Shown in pieces: positions 1 to 9,800 of a DNA stretch of 64,000 nucleotides. The notes under the pieces are model-generated. The model ran no database searches. It saw only the letters and a list, made by a program, of their open reading frames with translations, and was not told where the DNA came from. Position 1 is the first letter of the stretch; each line of letters opens with the position of its first letter. Source of the stretch: Dehalococcoidia bacterium. GTDB taxonomy: Bacteria; Chloroflexota; Dehalococcoidia; Lucifugimonadales; Australimonadaceae. Made by a program: the position numbers and the translations under genes. Location: NCBI GenBank assembly GCA_963668465.1, contig OY764542.1, forward strand, positions 1,094,153 to 1,158,152, read 5' to 3'.

Positions 1-360
1 TTCGGGGCGGCGCTCGCCGACCCCGCTCTCGAACTCGGCAGGGTCAGGGAACGCGAGGACGGCCACAGCCGCAACCAGTGGGAGGCGGCGCTGACTGCGT
101 GGGCCGCCTTCCTGACCGAAGCAGAATGGAATGAAACGCTGACGGTCGTCTACACCGAAGAGATTGCCAATACCCTGCACATCCACGCACTCTACCTGCG
201 CCGGGTTCTCGCCAGGGCGCAGAATATGAAACCGCGGACAGCCGAGGCGGCCAAAGCACTGGCCGTGCTGGAACGGCATCGCCACGAACTGGAAGACGTG
301 GTGACCAGTATCGGCGTCCCACTGCCGGGAGAAGAGTGGCACCCGATGCCGAGCAGATAG
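1..360 (+). CDS. 3' end of a gene running off the left edge; hypothetical protein
   Basis: Frame 1 is open from nt 1 to TAG at 358-360 and gives a non-repetitive, protein-like peptide (..LTAWAAFLTEAEWNETLTVVYTEEIANTLHIHALYLRRVLARAQ..). It is missing from the ORF track only because it has no start codon inside the window. Confidence 0.4.
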   Translation, partial: FGAALADPALELGRVREREDGHSRNQWEAALTAWAAFLTEAEWNETLTVVYTEEIANTLHIHALYLRRVLARAQNMKPRTAEAAKALAVLERHRHELEDVVTSIGVPLPGEEWHPMPSR

Positions 361-734
361 TTCTCCAAGACATCGCACGCACGATGTACAAAGATTAGCC
401 ACTTACCGTATGGGCTTGCTCACCGCGGTGTTCGCGTTGACGGCACGGGCAACGCCATTTCACGCGGTACCACCACCACGGATAGGGGCAGGGTGTGCAG
501 GAGCACGCTCCAACCACCCGCTAGGGTGCCAATCGAATGGCACCTACGACGTGAACTCTGTAGGGGTTCCCACTGTAGGCCGATACCGATTTGCCTGACG
601 GCGCGGGAGACCTCCCCGCCACTGCGCAGATGCTCAGGGGATGACTTCGGGCTGCACCGGCCTACAAGCGGGGGTTATCGTGCGGGATACTCCGCAGCGA
701 AGCGTCGCTAGGGCCAAACTGAATAGAGGACAAT

Positions 735-770
735 GCATTGAGGGGCGCGGATTTCCGCGCCCCTCAATGC
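735..770. other. Perfect 16-bp inverted repeat (hairpin) with a 4-nt loop
   Basis: gcattgaggggcgcgg-attt-ccgcgcccctcaatgc read directly; no T-run follows on either strand. Confidence 0.7.
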
Positions 771-1325
771 TGTATAGACCGGAGACATGGTTTACGGGTG
801 TTCAGAGACATACTTTACACATCCGGGCACCTTGTGACCTCCGGTTCAGGGCCACGCAGGTCCCCGTCGGCGATGGGGTGTGTCATGAACCAGACGCTTT
901 GTGGGCGCGACCTGATGACGCTCCGCACTCCCGTTCGCTTCCGTTCCTCGTGGGACTGCGGGGCATCACTCGCACACTGCGCCATCGCCGTTGGCTCCGT
1001 TCGCCAGGGACGGAACCGGCTTGCCGTCCCTGAGGGTGCGCCAGTCGGCGTGCAGTTGGACGGGATGCTCTCCGGTACTCCCCCTGGTACCGCATCGCTG
1101 GAGGTCGTAACCGCCCCCACTCCCTGGCGAGATTGCGATACAGGTTTCGATCACGGCACATTCGCACCTGAGCCGGACACCCATGGCGAGGTGCTCGATC
1201 CGCTTCCAACCGACACTCCTATCGGGGTGACTCTGGAGTCTTCCGCGAGTCAACATAGATGCACATCCATAGCTCTCCGATGCGGATCATTCCGCCCGGC
1301 ACCTTGAGGAAATCGATGAGACGTA

Positions 1326-1344
1326 CCCCCCCCCCCCCCCCCCC
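1326..1344 (+). repeat. Homopolymeric C19 tract
   Basis: Counted directly: 5+10+4 C. It lies 7 nt after ATG 1316-1318, and that ATG is preceded by GAGGA (1306-1310). Confidence 0.95.
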
Positions 1345-1362
1345 GTCGTCGGAACACCCCTC

Positions 1363-4300
1363 TTGCCCGCACTCGCGGTGCTTGTATCTGTGGCCTTTGG
1401 CTTGTGGCTGCTTCCCGTCGGGTTTCTCCATGCCCAGACGCCCGAGATCATCGAGTACGCGGAGCACACGCCGGTAGCCAGTCCGGTGGCGACGTTCACG
1501 GCGACGGACGACGAGGACGACAAGGCGGGGAAAGCGCTTACCTGGTCGGTTGAGGGCACCGACGCTGGGTATTTCGACATCTCTCAGAGAGGAGTCCTCA
1601 CCTTCAAGGAGTCTCCCGACTATGAGAATGCGAAGGGCAGAGGCTCTGGCGAGTCTGCGAATACGTACACCGTAGACGTGGTGGCTACCGACAGTGCTAG
1701 TGGTAAGGGTACCCATTCCGTCGTCGTGAAGGTCACGAACGAGGACGAGCCCGGGACGTTGACGCTGTCGAATCGCCAGCCGGTGGTGGGGGTGGCGCTC
1801 ACGGCGACGCTCACCGATGTTGACGGTGGGGTTTCAAATGAGCAATGGCAGTGGGCACGGAGCTCCAATCGGGGAGGCCCCTTCGTGACCATAGAGGCGA
1901 CCGAAACCAACGGTGCCGGGACGGTTGCGTATGTTCCCGATTCGACGGACACGGGGCGCTACCTGCGCGTGACAGTGACCTATACCGACGCCGAGGGCCC
2001 GGGAAAGCAGGAGTCCGTGGTCTCGGACAGAAGCGTGCTGGCACGCCGGGCCGCGAATGCGGCTCCTGTGATCATAGATAGTGATGGAAGTCCAATCACG
2101 GCTACCTCGATCGATAGGGATGTTGCGGAGAATTCGCCTGCGGGCACACCGGTGGGTGACTCCATCGGCGTCAGCAACCCCGAACGTGACGTGCTGACCT
2201 ATACGCTGAGCGGCGATGACGCCGGGAAGTTCACCATCGACTCAAGTGGTCAGATCCGGGTAGGTCCCGGCACGGAGCTGGACACCGAGGGAACAGCTAC
2301 CTTCAGCGTCACCGTTACGGTCTCGGATGGCAACCTGGCCGGTTTGGCAAACTTGGCGACCTACTCAGACTCCGTTGGTGTGGCTATCGGAGTGACGGAC
2401 GTTCCGGAGCCGCCCGAGTTGAGCGGGAAGACATCCGTTTCACACCCGGAGAACACCTCGATAGAGACTCCCGTGGCCGCGTACAAAGTGACCGATGATG
2501 AAGACGATTTTGCCGAAACAGCTGTTGGAGTGACGTTGTCGGGTGCAGACGCGAGTGCCTTCACGTTGACCGACAGCAGCTCAGCTGGTGGAACAGCCGA
2601 TGACGGCACGTGGGAGCTAGCCTTCAAGTCGATGCCTGATTTCGAGTCTCCGGTGGATGCGGGCAGGAACAACACGTACAACGTGACGGTGAGGGCGACT
2701 GACAGTGCTGGACGCACCGACGTTCTGAACATAGCGGTGGTGGTGACGAACGTGGACGAGGAGGGGACGGTGAGCCTGTCGACGCTGGCGCCGAAGGTAG
2801 GGGTTGAGCTGACGGCCACGCTCACGGGCGACCTGGATGGGAGGCCATCCCGTGTCACCTGGAAGTGGGAGAGGGCTGACAGCGGTGCGTTTGGCGATAG
2901 CGACAGCGTCACAGTCATCAGCGGGGCGACGTCGGCTTCCTACACTCCGGTTCACGCGGATGCGGGAAAGTACCTTCGGGCGACGGCGCTGTACGCGGAC
3001 CCCCAGGGGCCGGGCAAGAGTGCGGGTGTGGTTTCGGCGGGCGCTGTGGCGGCGTCGAACAAGCCGCCGTGGTTCGACGACCCTAGCACTGGTGATAAGG
3101 ACGAGAGCATCAAGGAGATAGCTCAGGAGGAAGGCGAGTTCCAGGCGGAAACCGATCTGGGAGATTCGGTCAGCGCCACCGATCCTGAGAATGCGCAACT
3201 GACGTACGAGTTGAGCGGTGATGCGGCCCTGTTCATTATCGACCGTTCGACGGGTCAGATAAAGGTGAGGGCGGGGACGACGCTGGACTACGAGACGAAG
3301 AGCAGCTACGTGGTGCGGGTGAAGGCGACGGACCCTGATGGAGCGAGCGCGACTGCCACGGTGACCATCAACATCACCGATGTCCCCGAACCCCCAGTGA
3401 TTTCCGGGACTGGTTCCTTTAGCTTCTTGGAGCACACGCCGATAAACCGTCCGGTGGCGACGTTCAGGGCGACGGACGATGAGGACGACAAGGCAAGGAA
3501 GGCACTGACTTGGTCGGTTGAGGGCACCGACGCTGGGTATTTCGTCATATCCCAGAGAGGAGTTCTCACCTTCAAGGAGTCCCCCGATTATGAGAATGCA
3601 AAGGGCGAAGGCTCTGACGAGTCTGCGAATACGTACGACGTAGACGTGGTGGCCACCGACAGTGCTAGTGGTGAGGGTACCCATTCCGTCGTCGTGAAGG
3701 TGACCAACGATGACGAGCCCGGGACGTTGACGCTGTCGAATCGCCAGCCGGTGGTGGGGGTTGGGCTCACGGCGACGCTCATCGACGTTGACGGTAGGAT
3801 TTCAAATCAGCAGTGGAAGTGGGCGTGGGGCACCAGCCGTGCCGGTCGCTTCACAGACATGGATTCAACCGATCTCCCCACCTACGCCCCCGTTGAGGTT
3901 GATGGACGGCGCTACCTGCGTGTGACGGTGACCTACACCGACGGTCAGGGATCCGGGAAGACGAAGTCGGCGGTTTCGGAGCGGCCGGTGCGGGCAGCCA
4001 AGGATTCGGATACCACCCCCGTATTTGTAGATGACAGAGGGACCGAGATCACTGATGGCTCAATCACTCGGGAAGTGCGAGAGAACTCGCGCGCGGGCAC
4101 GCTAGTGGGTGGGCGCGTCAGGGCCAGGGACCCTGAGGGAGACGTGCTGACCTTCGCGCTGGACGGCGATGACGCCGGGAAGTTCACCATCGACTCGAAC
4201 GGTCAGATCAAGGTGGGTCCCGGCACGGAGTTGGACGCCGAGGAAGACTCCCTCGATGTCACGGTCACGGTCACGGACGGGGTTAAGAATACTACTTCCA

Positions 4301-5814
4301 TCAATGTGACCATCACGGTGACGGACGTTCCGGAGTCGCCCGAGTTGAGCGGGAAGACATCCGTTTCACACCCGGAGAACACCTCGATAGAGACTCCCGT
4401 GGCCGCGTACAAAGTGACCGATGATGAAGACGATTTTGCCGAAACAGCTGTTGGAGTGACGTTGTCGGGTGCAGACGCGAGTGCCTTCACGTTGACCGAC
4501 AGCAGCTCAGCTGGTGGAACAGCCGATGACGGCACGTGGGAGCTAGCCTTCAAGTCGATGCCTGATTTCGAGTCTCCGGTGGATGCGGGCAGGAACAACA
4601 CGTACAACGTGACGGTGAGGGCGACTGACAGTGCTGGACGCACCGACGTTCTGAACATAGCGGTGGTGGTGACGAACGTGGACGAGGAGGGGACGGTGAG
4701 CCTGTCGACGCTGGCGCCGAAGGTAGGGGTTGAGCTGACGGCCACGCTCACGGGCGACCTGGATGGGAGGCCATCCCGTGTCACCTGGAAGTGGGAGAGG
4801 GCTGACAGCGGTGCGTTTGGCGATAGCGACAGCGTCACAGTCATCAGCGGGGCGACGTCGGCTTCCTACACTCCGGTTCACGCGGATGCGGGAAAGTACC
4901 TTCGGGCGACGGCGCTGTACGCGGACCCCCAGGGGCCGGGCAAGAGTGCGGGTGTGGTTTCGGCGGGCGCTGTGGCGGCGTCGAACAAGCCGCCGTGGTT
5001 CGACGACCCTAGCACTGGTGATAAGGACGAGAGCATCAAGGAGATAGCTCAGGAGGAAGGCGAGTTCCAGGCGGAAACCGATCTGGGAGATTCGGTCAGC
5101 GCCACCGATCCTGAGAATGCGCAACTGACGTACGAGTTGAGCGGTGATGCGGCCCTGTTCGATATCGACCGTTCGACGGGTCAGATAAAGGTGAGGGCGG
5201 GCACAACGCTGGACTACGAGACGAAGAGCAGCTACGTGGTGCGTGTGAAGGCGACGGACCCTGACGGAGCGAGTGCGACTGCCACGGTGACCATCAACAT
5301 CACCGATGTCCCCGAACCCCCAGTCATTAGACGAGGAGGCTTGGCCGTGGTGGGGCCGGGCAGCCTGCGGTACGCCGAGAACGGATCGGGTCCGGTCGCA
5401 ACCTACAGGCCTGCGGGGCCGAAGGCGGCCACGGCGCGATGGGGTTCGCTATCAGGTGCTGACGCGGGGAAGTTCAGTATCTCCACGGGAGGAGTACTCA
5501 CATTCAAGGCGCCTCCCGACTACGAGGCCCAGGGAAGTGCCGATGGAGACAACGTCTACCATGTCGTGGTGACGGCGAATGACGGAGAGAACGACCCAGC
5601 CGTGCGCCATGTGACCGTCACCGTCACCGATGTTGACGAAACGTCCACCGGAGACCCCCTGCTGGATAGGTGGGACGCCAATCGGAATGGCAAGATCGAC
5701 AGGTCTGAGGTCACCCGCGCCATCAATGCGTACTTCGATGGAGGGCTGCAAGCGGGCGATAGGGCGGTGGTGATACAGCTCATGGAGCGCTACTTCCAGG
5801 ACGCGCAGAGCTAA
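1363..5814 (+). CDS. Giant secreted cadherin-like repeat protein with a C-terminal dockerin/EF-hand-like Ca-binding loop
   Basis: 1483-aa ORF. N-terminal hydrophobic stretch (LPALAVLVSVAFGLWLLPVGFLHAQ). Repeated cadherin-type modules (V.EN.P.GT.VG.., LTY.LSGDDAGKFTID..GQI.V, TV.ATD). Alternating beta-sandwich modules (L.ATL.D.DG....W.W......YLR.TV.YTD..G.GK). C-terminal DANRNGKIDRSEV loop. The track start is TTG 1363; the likely true start, ATG 1316, is one frame off across the C19 tract. Confidence 0.85.
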   Translation: MPALAVLVSVAFGLWLLPVGFLHAQTPEIIEYAEHTPVASPVATFTATDDEDDKAGKALTWSVEGTDAGYFDISQRGVLTFKESPDYENAKGRGSGESANTYTVDVVATDSASGKGTHSVVVKVTNEDEPGTLTLSNRQPVVGVALTATLTDVDGGVSNEQWQWARSSNRGGPFVTIEATETNGAGTVAYVPDSTDTGRYLRVTVTYTDAEGPGKQESVVSDRSVLARRAANAAPVIIDSDGSPITATSIDRDVAENSPAGTPVGDSIGVSNPERDVLTYTLSGDDAGKFTIDSSGQIRVGPGTELDTEGTATFSVTVTVSDGNLAGLANLATYSDSVGVAIGVTDVPEPPELSGKTSVSHPENTSIETPVAAYKVTDDEDDFAETAVGVTLSGADASAFTLTDSSSAGGTADDGTWELAFKSMPDFESPVDAGRNNTYNVTVRATDSAGRTDVLNIAVVVTNVDEEGTVSLSTLAPKVGVELTATLTGDLDGRPSRVTWKWERADSGAFGDSDSVTVISGATSASYTPVHADAGKYLRATALYADPQGPGKSAGVVSAGAVAASNKPPWFDDPSTGDKDESIKEIAQEEGEFQAETDLGDSVSATDPENAQLTYELSGDAALFIIDRSTGQIKVRAGTTLDYETKSSYVVRVKATDPDGASATATVTINITDVPEPPVISGTGSFSFLEHTPINRPVATFRATDDEDDKARKALTWSVEGTDAGYFVISQRGVLTFKESPDYENAKGEGSDESANTYDVDVVATDSASGEGTHSVVVKVTNDDEPGTLTLSNRQPVVGVGLTATLIDVDGRISNQQWKWAWGTSRAGRFTDMDSTDLPTYAPVEVDGRRYLRVTVTYTDGQGSGKTKSAVSERPVRAAKDSDTTPVFVDDRGTEITDGSITREVRENSRAGTLVGGRVRARDPEGDVLTFALDGDDAGKFTIDSNGQIKVGPGTELDAEEDSLDVTVTVTDGVKNTTSINVTITVTDVPESPELSGKTSVSHPENTSIETPVAAYKVTDDEDDFAETAVGVTLSGADASAFTLTDSSSAGGTADDGTWELAFKSMPDFESPVDAGRNNTYNVTVRATDSAGRTDVLNIAVVVTNVDEEGTVSLSTLAPKVGVELTATLTGDLDGRPSRVTWKWERADSGAFGDSDSVTVISGATSASYTPVHADAGKYLRATALYADPQGPGKSAGVVSAGAVAASNKPPWFDDPSTGDKDESIKEIAQEEGEFQAETDLGDSVSATDPENAQLTYELSGDAALFDIDRSTGQIKVRAGTTLDYETKSSYVVRVKATDPDGASATATVTINITDVPEPPVIRRGGLAVVGPGSLRYAENGSGPVATYRPAGPKAATARWGSLSGADAGKFSISTGGVLTFKAPPDYEAQGSADGDNVYHVVVTANDGENDPAVRHVTVTVTDVDETSTGDPLLDRWDANRNGKIDRSEVTRAINAYFDGGLQAGDRAVVIQLMERYFQDAQS
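2411..3243 (+). repeat. Copy 1 of an 833-bp perfectly identical intragenic direct repeat, part of a 1926-bp super-repeat
   Basis: Identical by direct comparison to 4337-5169 (offset 1926 nt = 642 codons). Flanking parts of the super-repeat are visibly more diverged. Confidence 0.85.
4337..5169 (+). repeat. Copy 2 of the 833-bp perfectly identical intragenic direct repeat
   Basis: See 2411-3243. The first mismatch after the block is at 3244 (a) versus 5170 (g). Confidence 0.85.
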
Positions 5815-5817
5815 TCG

Positions 5818-6831
5818 ATGGGGGGGGGGGGAACCCGCGCGATGACAAAGGCGATGGAGACAAGGGCATTGTTCAGAAGGATACTCGCGTTCGCGGCAGT
5901 AGCAGCATGCGTGGCTGCCGTGGGGATGCTGAGCCTCAGTGCGTTGTCAGTACAAGCGCAGCAAACCCCAAGCGCCACGAGGCAGATCTCGCCTGCAACG
6001 GTAGCACCTGGAGGCACACTGACGGTTACCATCACTGCTTCGGGTTTTACCTTCGCACAGCTGATAGAGACGCTGCCCCCTGGATTCGAGTACGTGTCGA
6101 GTTCCTCGGAGGAGGTGCTGCGGGGCGAGGACAAGCTCACATTCGTATTGCTGAGCGGAGACCCCCCGATCAGATACACGCTCAAGGCTCCGGCTCCTCA
6201 ACTGGCGACGGTGTACACGTTTGTCGGAGAACTGAAGACTGCTGCCGGGAACAATGTTCCGGTTCATGGTGATCTAAGTGTGACCGTTCGCGCTACTCCT
6301 GCGCCGACCGCGGAGCCCACGGCAGAACCGACCGCGGAGCCCACGGCAGAACCGACCGCGGAGCCCACGGCAGAACCAACAGCGGAGCCCACGGCAGAAC
6401 CAACAGCGGAGCCCACGGCGGAACCGACTGCAGAGCCCACGGCGGAACCGACCGCAGAGCCCACGGCGGAGCCGACAGCAGAGCCCACGGCGGAGCCAAC
6501 AGCACGACCCACTCCGGAGCCCACCGCAGAGCCCACGGCGGAGCCAACAGCACAACCCACTCCGGAGCCCACCGCAGAGCCCACGGCAGAGCCAACAGCA
6601 CAACCCACTCCGGAGCCCACCGCAGAGCCCACGGCAGAACCAACGCCTACGCCGATCCCCATCGTCCCGCCGGTCGTTCTAGAAGAGGGAGGTACCCCTG
6701 GCTGGGTAAGCATCCTGGTCGTTCTCGGCCTGATAGGCGCAGTGGTGGCTGGGGGCTTCGCCATCGGGATGCGACAACGGAGCGGGCGACCGCTCTTCGG
6801 GCACCGTAGGGGGGAAGGGACCGGGAGCTAG
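5818..6831 (+). CDS. Surface protein: signal peptide, about 130-aa beta-rich domain, long (PTAE)n linker, C-terminal TM helix plus basic tail
   Basis: 337-aa ORF. Signal-like RILAFAAVAACVAAVGMLSLSALSVQA. About 28 PTAE/PTAQ units. C-terminus GTPGW-VSILVVLGLIGAVVAGGFAIGM-RQRSGR. The start is ambiguous (ATG 5818, 5842 or 5854). Confidence 0.75.
   Translation: MGGGGTRAMTKAMETRALFRRILAFAAVAACVAAVGMLSLSALSVQAQQTPSATRQISPATVAPGGTLTVTITASGFTFAQLIETLPPGFEYVSSSSEEVLRGEDKLTFVLLSGDPPIRYTLKAPAPQLATVYTFVGELKTAAGNNVPVHGDLSVTVRATPAPTAEPTAEPTAEPTAEPTAEPTAEPTAEPTAEPTAEPTAEPTAEPTAEPTAEPTAEPTAEPTAEPTARPTPEPTAEPTAEPTAQPTPEPTAEPTAEPTAQPTPEPTAEPTAEPTPTPIPIVPPVVLEEGGTPGWVSILVVLGLIGAVVAGGFAIGMRQRSGRPLFGHRRGEGTGS
5820..5831 (+). 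repeat. Homopolymeric G12 tract
   Basis: Counted directly. It starts with the G of ATG 5818-5820, 4 nt after the TAA stop of the cadherin gene. Confidence 0.95.
6298..6642 (+). repeat. Tandem 12/24-nt coding repeat encoding (PTAE)n
   Basis: ccgaccgcggagcccacggcagaa units read directly, with synonymous and PTAQ/PTAR variants toward the 3' end. Confidence 0.9.
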
Positions 6832-6842
6832 CTGTAGTTCCT

Positions 6843-9800
6843 ATGGACATTGCTTACGGCTGGAAGGCGAGAGTGGCTCCTATGAATCCCCGGGGGACCT
6901 TGTTGCTCGCGCTGGCGGCAGTTGCAGTGCTCATGCCCTTCTCCTTGCTCTCACCACGGATCGCCGCCGCCCATTCGGTTGCCGCCTCACCAGAACTGCC
7001 GGTGGTTACCGTTGAGGCCGGTGACGACACCTGTGGCGACAAGGGCGCCCATTTCACCCTTCACCTGGACGCCGATACCGGAACCGATGGCCGCCAAGCC
7101 CTTGACCGTAGTCTCCAGGTTCGGTTCTTGGTTGGCACCAATCGAAGGTCGATTGGCGAGCGTCAGCCTACCGAACCGGACAACGGATACGTCAGGGTCG
7201 GTGCGTGGGGAGACGACGAGATCCGCAATCATGTTGGCCGCACCGAGTTCGCCGCTGGCCAGACTTCAAAGCGCATCTCGATCAATACCCAGGATCCAGT
7301 GCCAACTGCCACTGATGAGGAGTTAGGCATCAATGGACAGGATGGCGATGTGCAGGTGAATTTGAATGGCTTTGACAGCCCGCCTACCGGACATAGGGTT
7401 GGCAAACCGGGGGTTGCCAGTGTCGATGTGCACCACTCCGACGGTCGCACTTGCCCCACCCCTCGAACCACTGGTGCGGGGGTGACGATTGTGGAATCAG
7501 ATGGTTCCACGTCGGTTGCGGAGGACGGGGGGGCGGACAGCTACACGGTGGTGCTGGACACGCAGCCGACGAACCCCGTGACCATCGCCGTCACGTCGGA
7601 GACGCCAGGGTCCGCCACGGTGAACAAGAGCGGCGGCACCGCAGGGGAGAGCCAGACGCTGACCTTCACGACCAGCGACTGGAACCAGAGGCAGACAGTG
7701 ACGGTGACCGGGGTCAACGACGCCATCGACAACCCCACCAGCCGCACCTCGACGATCACCCACACAGCGACATCGACGGACACCACCTACAAGGGCATCA
7801 CCATCGCATCGGTGACGGCTACCGTGATCGACGACGATGGTGCGGGAGTGACGATCGTGGAATCAGACGGTTCCACGTCGGTTGCGGAGGACGGAGGGAC
7901 GGACAGCTACACGGTGGTGCTGGACACGCAGCCGACGCACTCCGTAGACATCACCGTCACATCGGGCACGCCAGGGTCCGCCACGGTGAACAAGAGCGGA
8001 GGCGTTGCAGGGGCGAGCCAGACCCTGACGTTCACGACCGCCAACTGGAACCAGCCTCAGACGGTGACGGTGACCGGGGTCAACGATGACGTCGACAACC
8101 CCACCAGCCGCACCTCGACGATCACCCACACAGCGACATCGACGGACACCACCTACAAGGGCATCACCATCGCATCGGTGACGGCTACCGTGATCGACGA
8201 CGATGGTGCGGGGGTGACGATCGTGGAATCAGACGGTTCCACGTCGGTTTCGGAGGACGGAGGGACGGACAGCTACACGGTGGTGCTGGACACGCAGCCG
8301 ACGCACTCCGTAGACATCACCGTCACATCGGGCACGCCAGGTGCCGCCACGGTGAACAAGAGCGGAGGCGTTGCAGGGGCGAGCCAGACCCTGACGTTCA
8401 CGACCAGCGACTGGAACCAGCCTCAGACGGTGACGGTGGCCGGGGTCAACGATGACGTCGACAACCCCACCAGCCGCACCTCGACCATCACCCACACAGC
8501 GACATCGACGGACGCCACCTACAAGGGCATCACCATCGTGTCGGTGACGGCTACGGTGATCGACGACGATGGTGCGGGGGTGACGATCGTGGAATCAGAC
8601 GGTTCCACGTCGGTTTCGGAGGACGGAGGGACGGACAGCTACACGGTGGTGCTGGACACGCAGCCGACGAACCCCGTGACCATCACCGTCACTTCGGGCA
8701 CGCCAGGTGCCGCCACGGTGAACAAGAGCGGAGGCGTTGCAGGGGCGAGCCAGACCCTGACGTTCACGACCAGCGACTGGAACCAGCCTCAGACGGTGAC
8801 GGTGGCCGGGGTCAACGATGACGTCGACAACCCCACCAGCCGCACCTCGACCATCACCCACGCAGCGACATCGACGGACGCCGAGTACAACGAGATCAAT
8901 ATCGTGTCGGTGACGGCTACCGCCACTGATGACGATGCGCCCGCGGTCGCATTCGGTGCGTCGGCGTACACGGCAGGCGAGGCATCGGGGAGCCGCAACG
9001 TCAACGTGGCGGTGAACGTCTCACCTGCGCCGGCCTCGGACATCGCTGTGGCGTACGCGGTGCAGGGCTCGGCGACCCCGGGCGACGACTACACTGCCCT
9101 CTCGGGCAGTTTGACAGTACCCGCTGGCGCGACTTCGGCGAGTATCGCCGTGGCGGTGGTCGACGACAACATCGACGACGATAACGAGACGATCATCCTC
9201 ACCCTCACCAACGCCTCCGCCTACAATCTCGGCACAACGACATCCACCACGGTGACGATCACCGACGATGACCTCAGAGCGTTGGGATTGCAGCAGCAGA
9301 GTCCGATCCACAAACCCGTCGTCACCGTAAGCGCGTCACGATCTTCCGTCATCGAGGGTTCTCCTGCCTTGTTCACGATCAAGGCGAACCCCGCACCGGC
9401 CGGCCCGCTGCCGGTCATGCTGACGATTGCGCAGACGGGGAACGTCGTGGACCCGAACGATTTGGGAACGAAGACGGTCATCATTCGTACCCTGGCAGGG
9501 ACCTACACCCTGGTGGTGGAGACGGTTGGCGACAGCGTCGACGAATCGCATGGGTTAGTGCGCGTCCAGGTCGCCGTGGCAGATGGCTATGACATCGGGA
9601 GGCAATCGGCAGCATCCGTCATAGTCGAAGACGACGAGGACCCCCGCGTCGTCATCAGCCGGTCCAGCATGGGTCTCACGGAGGGGAGCACCGGGACATA
9701 CACGGTGCGGTTGAACACCGATCCCGGCGGGACGGTAACGGTTCGGCCCGCCTCCGAAGACGCGGGTGCGGTACGGGTCTCCCTCGCGTCGCTCACCTTC

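Noticed and set aside
738-1307. 189-aa ORF and overlapping ORFs in the 361-1315 gap
   Set aside because: They are mutually overlapping on both strands, Cys/Arg/Pro-rich, and lack any RBS or motif. They are not called as genes.
1326-1344. Poly-G/poly-C tracts as two-colour Illumina no-signal artefacts
   Set aside because: Such artefacts typically sit at read or contig ends. These tracts are internal, flanked by unique sequence and all positioned at gene starts. A homopolymer length miscall still cannot be excluded, and this caveat is kept in the findings.
6298-6642. Regularly spaced short repeats that could be mistaken for a CRISPR array
   Set aside because: The period is 12/24 nt with no unique spacers. 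The repeats are in-frame inside a signal-peptide-bearing ORF and encode (PTAE)n. No cas genes are nearby.
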